A stretch of 34,460 bases of DNA from Chiloscyllium plagiosum (taxonomy: Eukaryota): contig NC_057750.1 in the NCBI RefSeq assembly GCF_004010195.1, positions 11,283,539 through 11,317,998 on the forward strand. The letters run 5' to 3'. Below are positions 1-10,417 of this stretch, piece after piece; the stretch's first letter is position 1; every line of letters begins with the position of its first letter. Position numbers and translations under genes: made by a program. The notes beneath the pieces are model-generated. The model searched no databases. It was given only the letters and a program-made list of their open reading frames with translations, and was not told the origin of the DNA.

Positions 1-255
1 CGCCCCCACCCCACTCCGGCCTATCACCCTCACCTTGATCTCCCTCCACCTCTCGCGTTTCCAAAGCCCCTCCCCCAAGTCCCTCCTCCCTACCTTTTAT
101 CTTAGCCTGCTGGACACACTTTCCTCATTCCTGAAGAAGGGCTTATGCCCGAAACGTCGATTCTCGTGTTCCTTGGATGCTGCCTGACCTGCTGCGCTTT
201 TCCAGCAACACATTTTCAGCTCTGATCTCCAGCATCTGCAGCCCTCACTTTCTCT
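1..255 (+). mobile_element. Penelope-like element (PLE) 3' terminal repeat / PLE-derived short repeat (family A), truncated by window start
   Basis: Contains hammerhead core CTGAAGA-A-GGGC(TTAT)GCCC-GAAA-CG-TC at 131-158 and ends CTCACTTTCTC. The same sequence recurs at 3697-3912, 5537-5685, 26057-26267 and 34195-34460. Confidence 0.8.
125..163 (+). ncRNA. Minimal type I hammerhead ribozyme motif (PLE-associated)
   Basis: CUGANGA 131-137, stem II GGGC/GCCC 139-150, GAAA 151-154, palindromic CG mini stem III, UC cleavage site 157-158. Stem I pairing is weak. Confidence 0.65.
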
Positions 256-256
256 C

Positions 257-1501
257 ATGAGATACAATCGGGTGATGAAGGTGACAAGAATGTGGCTGAC
301 CTAAGAGCCATTATTGCTTGAAAGCATTGTCATACAGAATTTCTACTCCATACGTATACAGAAAGCTTCAATGTCAAAGTGTCATATAAAAGGGTGACAC
401 AAATTATGAGGTGGGTCAGAAATCACATACACACACAATCAAATGCTATATAAATGATCGCCATGGGTGTCCCCTGCCTGGTTCGGACCAGTGCCCCTGC
501 CTGGGCCTAGTGCGATTCCAGTCCTATTGGGACAAACAGAAGATAATGGAAGCCTCCAGATCGCTGGGAAAGGACCCACAGGCCCTGCAGGACTTTTCTG
601 CAGCCGTGATCTGCAAGAGGAAGTCCTTTGAGATGAAGAGACTGAGGGATCAGGATATTCAATATTCCATCAGGTACCTGACTGTGCTCCGTTTTAATCA
701 TGAAAGGCCTGTGCATGTATTTGACTCCTCAGAAAAAGCAAAGAACATTTTGGACACTTTGAAATAGACCAGATGGTCCAAAGAACATGGACAATAATGA
801 TTCTCTATTTCCCTTTATTTGTTTCTTTACCTCGCGCACATCTCATTTTTCTTTATTATTTTATTGCAGAAAGTGTTGTTGGTTTTCTTTTACTGAGGTC
901 AGTGTAGGGTTGGGGATGGGTGAAGTGCCCACTTTTAACTTCTTTGTCCATAACACCTATTATTGTTGTTTATCCTTTGCCTGAGTTTGGGGCACGGCTC
1001 AAGTGAGAAGGAGTTATGGAGGTGTACGTGGGTAGTGTAAGCGCCCCCTGTGGGCAGGGGGAAGAGTCTCCCATCAAGTGTTTATTGTATGTTGTAATTG
1101 GTTTGGTTTAGTAGGTTTTTAGTAAAGGTAGTTTTTGCAAGCTTTGTTAATGTAGTTTTAATGTGTGTATTGTTTAGACTCTATGAGTCTTCATTTACTT
1201 ACATGCGGCGCGTTGTGAGTTGGGCTCTTCCTCTCAGGTGTTTAAGAGTTGTTTTAGAGGGATATGGCTAAATGTCTCCTCAAATGGTGCACCTGGAATA
1301 TTAAGGGGAGTCACTTGCCAGTAAAGTCTCAGGAAGGAGACAGTTGATATTGCCCTGTTGCAAGAAACTCATCTTGATGATAAGAAGCACCTAAAGTTAG
1401 AGCAGGGTAGGTTTGATTGGGTGTTTTCCTAAGAACAGGGGAATGGCTATACGTGTCCAGAAGGGTCTCCCATTTAAGTTATTTGATCCAGTTAAAGATG
1501 A
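257..1501 (+). mobile_element. L1-clade LINE, 5' part: degenerate ORF1 C-terminus, inter-ORF spacer and start of ORF2 APE endonuclease
   Basis: ORF 411-767 ends QDFSAAVICKRKSF...IQYSIRY..LRF....VFDSSEKA (L1 ORF1 C-terminal pattern). ATG at 1264 gives MAKCLLKWCTWNIKG and later DIALLQETHL (APE motifs). Interrupted at ~1501 by a CR1. Confidence 0.8.
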
Positions 1502-2048
1502 TTTTGGATACTGTTGGGGGGGGACCACTTACTAGGGGTAAGCAATGGGGCACAGGTCTCTGGTGCAGAGTTTGTCCCTGTTGTTCAGAAGGGAAGGGGA
1601 GGAGAACTTTAGTCATTGGGGACGCCATAGTTAGGGGGACAGAAAGAAGGTTTTACAGGAATGAGAGAGACTCAGATTGGTGTGTTGCCTCCCAGGTGCC
1701 AGGGTTTGTGATATCTTTGATCATGTTTTCATGTTCTTTGAGAGGGAGGGGTAGCAGCCCCAAGTTGTGGCCCACATAGGCACCAACAACATAGATAGCA
1801 AGGAAGGTGGGGATCTAAGGCAGAAATTTAGGGAGCTAGGGTGGAGCTTAGAGTTAGAACAAACAGAATTGTTATCTCTGGCTTGTTGCCCGTGCCACGT
1901 GCTAGTGAAGCGAGGAACAGGGAGGGAGCAAAGCTGAACATGTGGCTGCAGGGATGGTGCAGGAGGGAGGGTTTTGGATTCTTGGATAATTGGAGCTCTT
2001 TCTGGGGAAGGTGGGAACTCTACAAACAGGATGGTCTTCTCCTGAACC

Positions 2049-2840
2049 AGAGGGGTACCAATATCCTGGGGGAGGGGAGGTTTGCTAATGCTCTTCGCGG
2101 GTGTTTAAATTAATGCAGCAGGGGGATGGGAACTTGAATTGTAGTTCCAGTGTACAGGGTGTTGAGGGTAGTGAGGTCAGGGATAGATTTACAAGGTCAC
2201 GAGGAGGCACCAGCAATCAGGATGTTGGTTTGAAATGTGTGTAGTTCAATGCCAGGAGCATCTGGAATAAGGTGAGTGAACTTGCAGCATGGGTTCGTAC
2301 CTGGGATTTCGATGTTGTGGCCATTTCAGAGACATGGCTAAAGGAAGGACAGGAATAGTGGTTGCAGAGTCTGGGATTTAGATGTTTCAGTAAGAACAGA
2401 GAAGATGGTAAAAAAGGCGGGGGTGTGACATTGTTAAGCAAGGGAGAGGGGTACCAATATCCTGGGGGAGGGGAGGTTTGCTAATGCTCTTCGCGGGTGT
2501 TTAAATTAATGCAGCAGGGGGATGGGAACTTGAATTGTAGTTCCAGTGTACAGGGTGTTGAGGGTAGTGAGGTCAGGGATAGATTTACAAGGTCACGAGG
2601 AGGCACCAGCAATCAGGATGTTGGTTTGAAATGTGTGTAGTTCAATGCCAGGAGCATCTGGAATAAGGTGAGTGAACTTGCAGCATGGGTTAGTACCTGG
2701 GATTTCGATGTTGTGGCCATTTCAGAGACATGGCTAAAGGAAGGACAGGAATGGTGGTTGCAGAGTCTGGGATTTAGATGTTTCAGTAAGAACAGAGAAG
2801 ATGGTAAAAAAGGCGGGGGTGTGACATTGTTAAGCAAGGG
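2049..2840 (+). repeat. 396-bp direct tandem duplication inside the CR1 (2049-2444 / 2445-2840)
   Basis: Both units start AGAGGGGTACCAATATCC and end TTAAGCAAGGG. Only two differences seen (2296/2692 and 2357/2753). Confidence 0.95.
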
Positions 2841-3696
2841 TAGTATTACAGCAGCTGAGATAATGTTTGAGGACTCATCCAGTGAGGTAGTTTGGGCTGA
2901 GGTTAGAAACAGGAAAGGAGAGGTCACCCTGTTGGAAGTTTTCTTTAGGCCTCCAAACTGTTCCAGGGATGTAGAGGAAAGGATAGCAAAGATGATTCTT
3001 GATAGTAGTGAGAGTAACAGGGTAGGTGTTATGGGGAATTTTAACTTCCCCAATATTGACTGGGAATACTATAGTTCAAGTAGTTTAGATGGGTCAGTTT
3101 TTGTTCAATGTGTGCAGGAAGTTTTTCTGACATAGTATGTAGACAGGCCAACAAGGGCGATGCCATATTAGATTTGTACTGGGGAATGAACCCGGCCAGA
3201 TGTTAGATTTGGAGGTTGGTGAGCACTTTGACGATAGTGTCCATAATTCAGTTATGTTGGATAAGGATAGGTATATACTGCAGGGAAAGGGGTTTAACTG
3301 TGGGAAAGGCAATTATGATGCAATTAGGCAAGATTTAGGATTCATAGGTTGAGGAAGGAACTGCAGGGGATGGACACTCTTGAAATGTGGAGATTATTCA
3401 AGGAACAGCTACTGTGGGTCCTTGATAAGTATATACCTATCAGGCAGGGAGGTAGTTGTCAAGAGAGGTAGCCATGGTTTACTAAAGAAGTTGAAGCTCT
3501 TGTCAAGAGGAAGAGGAAGGCTCATGTGAGGATGAGGCGTGAAGGCTTGAGAGTTATAAGCCAGAAAAGATTTAAAGAGAGGGCTAAGAAGAACCAGGGG
3601 GGGACATGAGAACTTGTTGGCGGATAGGATCAAGGGAAACCCTAAGGCCTTCTATATGTATATCAGGAAGAAAAGAATGACTAGAATAAAATTAGG

Positions 3697-3912
3697 AGAA
3701 AGTGAGGTCTGCAGATGCTGGAGATCAGAGCTGAAAATGTGTTGCTGGAAAAGTGCAGCAGGTCAGGCAGCATCCAGGGAACAGGAGAATCGATGTTTCT
3801 GGCATAAGCCCTTCTTCTCATTCCTGAAGAAGGGCTTATGCCCGAAACGTCGATTCTCGTGTTCCCTGGATGCTGCCTGACCTGCTGCACTTTTCCAGCA
3901 ACACATTTTCAG
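3697..3912. mobile_element. Fold-back (inverted dimer) of PLE family A 3' end with 16-bp TSD
   Basis: Arms ~3729-3817 and 3826-3914 are reverse complements. CTAGAATAAAATTAGG at 3681-3696 and 3913-3928. Intact hammerhead core at 3824-3851. Confidence 0.9.
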
Positions 3913-4686
3913 CTAGAATAAAATTAGGGTCAATCAAAGATAGTAGTGGAAAATTGTGTTTGGAATCTAAGGATATAGGGGAAGCACCTAATGAATATTT
4001 ATCACGAATATTCACATTGGAAAAGGGCAATGTTAATGTGAATAAGGAGATACGGGCTACACGATTAGATGGGATTGAGCTTGACAAAGAGGAGTTTTAA
4101 GCAATTGTGGAAAATCTGAAAATAGATAAGATCCCAGGGCCGGATAGGATTTATCCTGGGATTCTCTGTGAAGCCAGGGAGGAGATTGTAGAGCCTTTAT
4201 CATCGTCGATGGGAGTAGTGCCAGAAGACCGGAGGATAGCAAATGTTGTTCCCTTGTTTAAGAAGGGAGTTGAGACAACCCTGGTAATTATAGACCAGTG
4301 AGCCTTACTTTGGTTGTGGGTAAGGTGTTTGAAAAGGTTATAAGAGAAAGGATTTACAATCATCTGGAAAGGAATAATTTGATTAGGGATAGTCAACACG
4401 ATCTTGTGAAGGGTAGGTCGTGCCTCACTAACCTTATTGAGTTCTTCAAGGAGGTAACAAACAGGTGGATGAAGGTAAGGTGGTTGATGTAGTGTATATG
4501 GACTTCAGTAAGGTGTTTGATAAGGTTCTATACCATAGGCTATTGCACAAAATAAGGATTTTTGGGATTGAAGGTGTTTTAGCAGTTTGGATGAGAAATT
4601 GGCTAGCTGAAAGAGGACAGAGGGTGGTAGTTGATGGGAAATATTCATCCTGGTGCTCAGTTACCAGTGGTGTGCTGCAAGCATCC

Positions 4687-4785
4687 GATTTTACTGCTCC
4701 TCGGATGCTGCCTGAACTGCTGTGCTCTTCCAGCACCACTAATCCAGAATCTGGTTTCCAGCATCTGCAGTCATTGTTTTTGCCT
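4687..4785 (+). mobile_element. Short PLE-type 3' fragment inserted in CR1 RT
   Basis: GGATGCTGCCTGAACTGCTGTGCTCTTCCAGCACC...CCAGCATCTGCAG splits the CR1 motif SGV(P)Q(GS)|VLGP. Same family as 11338-11452. Confidence 0.8.
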
Positions 4786-5536
4786 GTTTTGGGACCACAA
4801 CTGTTTGTCATTTTTATAAATGATCTGGTGGTGGGCATACAAGGATGGGTTAGTAAATTTGTAGATGACACTAAGGTAGGGAGAGTTGTGGATACTACTG
4901 AAGAATGTTGTGGGTTACAGAGGGGCATAGATAAGTTGGAGAGCTGAGCTGAGAAGTGGCAAATGGAGTTTAATGTGAGGTAGTTCACTTTGGAAAAAGT
5001 AACAGGAATGCAGAGTACTGGGCAAATGGTAAAATTCTTGGCAGTGTAGATGAACAGAGAGATCTTGGTGTCCAGGTGCATAAATCCCTGAAAGTTGCCA
5101 CCCAGGCTGATAGGGTTGTGAAAAAGGTATATGATGTATTGACGTTTATTGTTAGAGGGATTGAGTTTCAAAGCCACGAGATCATACTTCAGCTGAACAA
5201 GACACTGCTGCGGCTGCACCTGAAGTATTGCGTGCAGTTCTGGTCACCGCATTATAGGAACGATGTGGAAGCTTTGGAAAGGGTTCAGAGGAGATTTTCT
5301 AGGATGTTGCCTAGTATGGAAGGAAGGTCTTGCGAGAAAAGGCTGATGGAACTGAGGGTGTTTTCGTTGGAGAGAAGAAGGTTGTGAGGTGACTTAATCG
5401 AAACATAAGATAATCAGAGGGCTTTTAATTGAGGGGTGATAGATTTAGGACAGATATCAGGGGTAGTTTCTTTACTCAGAGAGCAGGGGCATAGAATGAC
5501 CTGGCTGCAACAGTAGTAGACACACCAATGTTAAGG

Positions 5537-5685
5537 AGAAAGTGAGGTCTGCAGATGCTAGAGATCAGAGATGGAAATATGTTGCTGGAAAAGCGCAGCA
5601 GGTCAGGCAGCATCTAGGGAACAGGAGAATTCTCCTGTTCCCTAGATGCTGCCTGACCTGCTGCGCTTTTCCAGCAACACATTTC
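5537..5685. mobile_element. Fold-back PLE family A insertion forming a spacerless ~116-bp palindrome with 16-bp TSD
   Basis: 5572-5687 is self-complementary around GAATTC (5627-5632) with one mismatch seen. CACACCAATGTTAAGG at 5521-5536 and 5686-5701. Confidence 0.9.
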
Positions 5686-5839
5686 CACACCAATGTTAAG
5701 GGCATTTAAATGGGCATTGAACATACATATGGATAATAATGGAACGGTGTAGGTTAGATGGACATCAGATTAATTTTGCAGGTCAGCACAATATTGTGGG
5801 CTGAAAGGCCTGTACTGTGCTGCAGCATTCCATATTCTA

Positions 5840-8800
5840 TGAATATGGGCAGTTTGTAATTCTTAAAGCTTTAATGGTGAAGAGTATGGCATCTTAAATC
5901 TACTGTCCCCGACACACCCCTCAGATTCCTGACTGATGCACTTTGGAGGTTGATTGCCTTTGGAATGCGACACATTATCATAGAGGGAGACTTTAATTGC
6001 CTCATGGACCCCACAGTGGATAGAATGCCCAAAGGTTCCCCAAATACCTCTCTGCAATCCAAGCAATTAATTGATTTAGGCTTGGATTTGGGGCTGGTGG
6101 ATGTTTGGAGATGTCTCCACCCCATGGGTAGGGACTTCACTTTTTTCTCTAATCCACACAAGTGTCACACCAGGATTGACCTTTAACTAGAACCCTCGGT
6201 TTTACTAGATTTGGTGATGTCCTGTAAAATTGGAAACATAGCCATTTCTGATCATGTGGCAGTGTTTTTGGAGGCTGAGATTAAGGGCAATGGAACAGGT
6301 TCCCAGCATTAGCGAATGGATCTTTTCATTCTCAAGGACAGTAAATTTGTTGAGTTCGCGTGAGTTTAAAGCGTTCTTGGCTGTCAATTTGGGTATGGCT
6401 AGTAATCCGTCTATACTCTAGGATATTGCTAAGGCCGATGCTAGGGGGATAGTTATCTCTTATTCAGCTATCCGGAAGTGACATAAGGAACAGCAGCAAT
6501 ATCTGCTTGAGGTATGGTTGAAGACAGCTGAGACAGCACATATTGATAGGCCATCGGTGACTAAATTGCAGCGAGTCACAGCTCTCCAGGTTTCTTTGAA
6601 CTCCATGCTCACTCAGACAGCGAAGAAAGAACTCTCTTTCACAAAACAAAGGCTGTTTGAGCATGGGATAGGCTCGGCAAATACCTGGCATATCTGATCA
6701 GGAAAAAGAGTGCCCTCCAATCCATTACACCAATTAGAGATGGCACTGGGATTCTTACTGGTGACTCTAAAAGGATCAATGCGGCATATCACAGTTTTTA
6801 CTTTGAGCTATATTGGTCAGAATGCTGCAAGGATAGGGAGGCTAAAATGGAAACTTTTTTAAAGAACTTGAATCTTCCAAGTTTGACCTCTGAACAGGCG
6901 TCTCCCCCTTGACAGTTAAAGAGATACAGGAGGCAGTAAGACAGCTCTAAAGAGGGAAGGGAAGGCACCCGGTCCTGATGGTCTCCCGAGTGAGTTCTAC
7001 AAAGAATTTCTAAATATCCTGTCAGGGCTAATGCTGGGCATGTACAAATATTCACACAGACATGACTGCCTCCCGCCATCCCTGAGAGGCTAACATCTCT
7101 CTCCTTCTCAAGAAAGGGAAGACTCCAGAGGACAGTGCTTCATCTGGGCCTATTTCGCTGTTTAATTCTGACTTTAAAATTTTAACCAAGACACTTGCGT
7201 TGCAATTGGAGAAGGTGTTGCCCTGTATTGTTACGGAGGACCAGACTGGTTTTATAAAGAACCGTAAGTCCTCCAATAATATTAGAAGATTACTGAATAT
7301 AGTCCAAGTGTGTCAGCACGATCGGTTCAGGGCTTGGTGATGTCTTTAGACGCAGAGAAAGCATTCAATTGGGTGGAGTAGCCATATCTTTTTATAGTCT
7401 GGAACGGTTTGGTCTAGGTGAGGTCTTTGTCAGATGGGTGGAGGTCCTGTGTAGGGCCCCTCTGGCTGCAGTTCTCACCAATGGTGTAAGATCCAGTAAA
7501 GTCAGTAGTTTAGGGGCAGTTGGCAAGATTGTCCCCTTTCACCACTACTGTTTATGTTGGTGATTGAGCTGCTGACAGAGGCTATCCGTGAGGACCCTAA
7601 TACAGCTGCCCCGTAAGTGGGATCAAGGGCACACAAGATTATATTATATGCAGATGATGTTCTCCTCTTCTTACCAAACCCGGTAGTTTCTGTACCCCAT
7701 TTAAAACAATGTATTAATTTATTTGGCTCTTTTTCAGGACTAAAGATCAAATTTGCAAAGTCAGAGGCTATGCCCGTGGGTTGGTCTTAAGGGAATACCT
7801 GATATCGAAGGTGAATTACAATTCCCTTCAAATGGTTGTTTGGTGGGGGGGGGGGGGGGGTTCATTACTTAGGTATTCTTGTTATTCCCACCTTTGATCA
7901 ATTATTTGAAGTGAACTTTGCTCATTTGCTTGACAAGATTAGACAAGACCTTCAAAGATGGGAGGCCCTTCTACTCTCTTGGTCAGGTCAAATAGCCTTT
8001 ACCAAAATTAATGTCCTTCTTCTGATGTTTCCCAGGTAAAGATTGTGGACACTCACTGGTTGGCTTAGTTCTTTTGTGGCCCCTCATTAAGCTTGCCAAA
8101 TTGCAGTTACCTCAAGGGTTGGGGGGAGTAGACGTCCCTGAAATTAAGAGATACCAACTAAGCTCCCTTCTGTCCTTCGTGAGCGACTGGGCTTGTGAGG
8201 ACCCGAGATCAATATGGTTGGATATTGAGGTCTCCCAGGTAAACTGTCCCCTGACTAGTCTGTTGTGTATGGCTAAGATGAGAACAGTTATGGAATACTG
8301 TCAGAATCCAGTCATTATTAATACAGCTAGAGCATGGAGAGCAATGCGACAGAGTGAGGGCAGTTTATCTAAAACCTTCTTTCTTACCCCTATAGTTGGT
8401 TCGCCGGGATTCTGACCAGGGATGATGGACCCTGGATTCAAACTGTGGGAAACTAGGGGAGTCTCCTGTTTGGGAGACCTGTTTGAGGGGGAGATCATGA
8501 TGTCCTTCGACCAAATGAGTTCCAAGTATGGATTGCCCAGCAGAGATCTTTTTTGTTATTTTCAGGTTAGGGACTTCATCCAAAAAAATTTACACTTTTG
8601 ACCAATCCCTATAGGTCTGACACAGAGGAGATTGCTTCACGCCACAAGCACTCTCTCCCTTAGTAATTTCTACCATCTACTGGGGGGTGGTGCCTCGAAT
8701 GACATTGAGCAACTATATGAGGTCTGGGAGTAAGAGTTTGGAGTGGAGGTCCCCTAAGAGACATGGGAGGACATTTATGAAAAAGATCTCCATCTGTAAC

Positions 8801-9560
8801 AGACCACACGCCATGCAAAGGTTCTTCATCAGGTTCATTTGGCCCCAGATCACCTTGTGAAATTCAAAAAAGGAGCATTTCCAATGTGCCCCAAGTGCAA
8901 ACTAAGCACAGGTACTCTCACTCATTGTTTGTGGTCATGTCACAAGCTTAGTAGGTACTGGAGTGCTGTGGCTGGAGTAATAGAGAAGGTTGGGGACCGA
9001 AGTGAAGGTAGTCCCGGTCTCTCTTCTCTTGGGCTTGCTGCATTTATCTTCCTTAAACACAAATAGGAAAAAGCTTTTTAACATTTTCACTTACTATGCA
9101 AGGAAGAACACTTTGATGTGCTGGGTGTATGAGAACCGTCTGGGCCTGTTGGGGTGGCATAAGTTAATTGTGGAACACATCGCATTTGGATTTCCTCACA
9201 AACATGACGCACGCTAAAATGGAACTTTTTCATAAGACATGGCAGCCCTCTTTGAATTACCTGGATGCAGATTTGTCTGCCATTTTAATTAGGGCATTTG
9301 TTTAGCCATCAATGATTAGGTTTAGTGAGCCAAGTGCTCTGGGACGAAGAATCCCAAATAAATACAGGTGTAATAATTAATGCTCCTGAACGTTGGGAAC
9401 TTCGGTGTGGTTGTGCTGAGTGTCATTATAGATTTGTAGTGAGTATAGTTTTGATTTGTTTTGTAGAGTTGGGTAATAGTTAGTTCATTGTAATTGTTAT
9501 AATTTTAAATTGTTACATTTTTGTAATTTTACAAAGAAAAAAATTTTCTATAAGAAAATA
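5840..9560 (+). mobile_element. L1-clade LINE, continuation of ORF2 (APE-RT-CCHC) and 3' UTR, degenerate
   Basis: IIEGDFNC, RIDL, ISDH, SLDAEKAF, LYADD (YADD 7647-7658), zinc knuckle CPKCKLSTGTLTHCLWSC near 8886-8940, GT-rich 3' UTR and A-rich end near 9530-9560. Confidence 0.88.
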
Positions 9561-9819
9561 ATGTTGGGATAGGGTTGCGTCTATATTTATTTTTAGATAA
9601 CCTTCAATGGATAACAGCAGAAAGAGGGCAATTAAGGACAGAACATGAGCGTTCAATTAGGCTTGTCCATCTTAGCTTAGAACTGAGGGGGAGGGTTATC
9701 ACAACAAGCAAGGCTGCTTCTCATGACAAGGAAGTGACCAACTATTAAAACGTTTGGACATTAGAATTTGAAAGCAGTTTTGCTCGGAAAGCTTTGCATT
9801 CTTCCCGGATTGTTTTGCT

Positions 9820-9825
9820 TTTATT
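9820..9825 (-). terminator. Candidate polyadenylation signal AATAAA for thioredoxin-like gene 1
   Basis: TTTATT on plus strand at 9820-9825, 16 nt beyond the stop codon. A second one lies at 9586-9591. Confidence 0.5.
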
Positions 9826-9841
9826 ACTTAACGGGACAAGT

Positions 9842-10417
9842 CTACTTCAGTTCATTGATCTTCTCCTCCACCGACTCTCGGCTGTCGTCCAGGACCTCGG
9901 CCACCTTCTTGCCCATTTTGTAGAACTGGAAGGTCGGGATGTGGATGATGTCGCAGGCTTCGGCCGTGTCCTCCGAGTCGTCGACGTTCACTTCGTAGAA
10001 ATACACAAGGTTGTTGAGCTGGGCGATCTCCCTCATGATGGGCTTCAGGCCCTGGCACGTCTCACACCAGGTGCCTGAGAAGAAGATGACCACCAGGCGC
10101 TCGCCGGCGTCTTTGATGTACTTGTCGAACTGGGTCTTGCTGTTGATGGTTTTTAGGGGAATGCCTCCCTCTGCCTTGCCCGGCGTCGGCGGAGCGCCTT
10201 TCTCCCCAGGTTTCGCCAAGTCCTTGGCAGCCTTGCCTTTGTCCGCCGGTGCCACATCGGCCTTGGTTGGGATGCTTTTGCGGCCCGACGTGCCCACCTC
10301 GGCAGGCGAGTGGGCCCCCTTCGCCTGTTGTGAGGCACCGGCCTTCTCCGAGGCCGGTGGCGCGCTCTTGCCCTGCGCCTTCTTGGGCTTCCCCAGTGTG
10401 CTGCCCGCACCCGCCAT
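9842..10417 (-). CDS. Thioredoxin-like protein (191 aa), intronless; K/A/G/P-rich N-terminal extension plus C-terminal Trx domain with WCETC active site
   Basis: Residues ~86-191 align by eye with vertebrate TXN (INSKTQF...AGERLVVIFFSGTWCETC..KP...FYEVNVDD...IPTFQFYK.GKKV...KINEL). Uninterrupted GC-rich ORF, ATGG start context, AATAAA downstream. Confidence 0.9.
   Translation of the reverse strand: MAGAGSTLGKPKKAQGKSAPPASEKAGASQQAKGAHSPAEVGTSGRKSIPTKADVAPADKGKAAKDLAKPGEKGAPPTPGKAEGGIPLKTINSKTQFDKYIKDAGERLVVIFFSGTWCETCQGLKPIMREIAQLNNLVYFYEVNVDDSEDTAEACDIIHIPTFQFYKMGKKVAEVLDDSRESVEEKINELK

Larger units (their letters stand above)
1502..5839 (+). mobile_element. CR1-clade LINE (degenerate; SGNH-esterase ORF1 remnant plus APE-RT ORF2) inserted into the L1
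   Basis: ORF1 motifs VIGDAIVRG and DGLLLN. ORF2 motifs DVVAISETWL, MGNFNFPNIDW, MDFSKVFDKV, FVDD (4858-4869), YCVQFWSPH; ATTCTAT-type tail near 5830-5840. Host L1 reading KD|EYGQFVILKAL rejoins across the insertion. Many stops and frameshifts. Confidence 0.9.

Noticed and set aside
4465..4947. In-frame repeat insertion within the CR1 RT, suggesting a novel chimeric protein
   Set aside because: The surrounding ORF2 has many stops and frameshifts; frame preservation is probably chance.
4446..5219. 257-aa minus-strand ORF
   Set aside because: Antisense shadow of the CR1 RT plus the inserted repeat.
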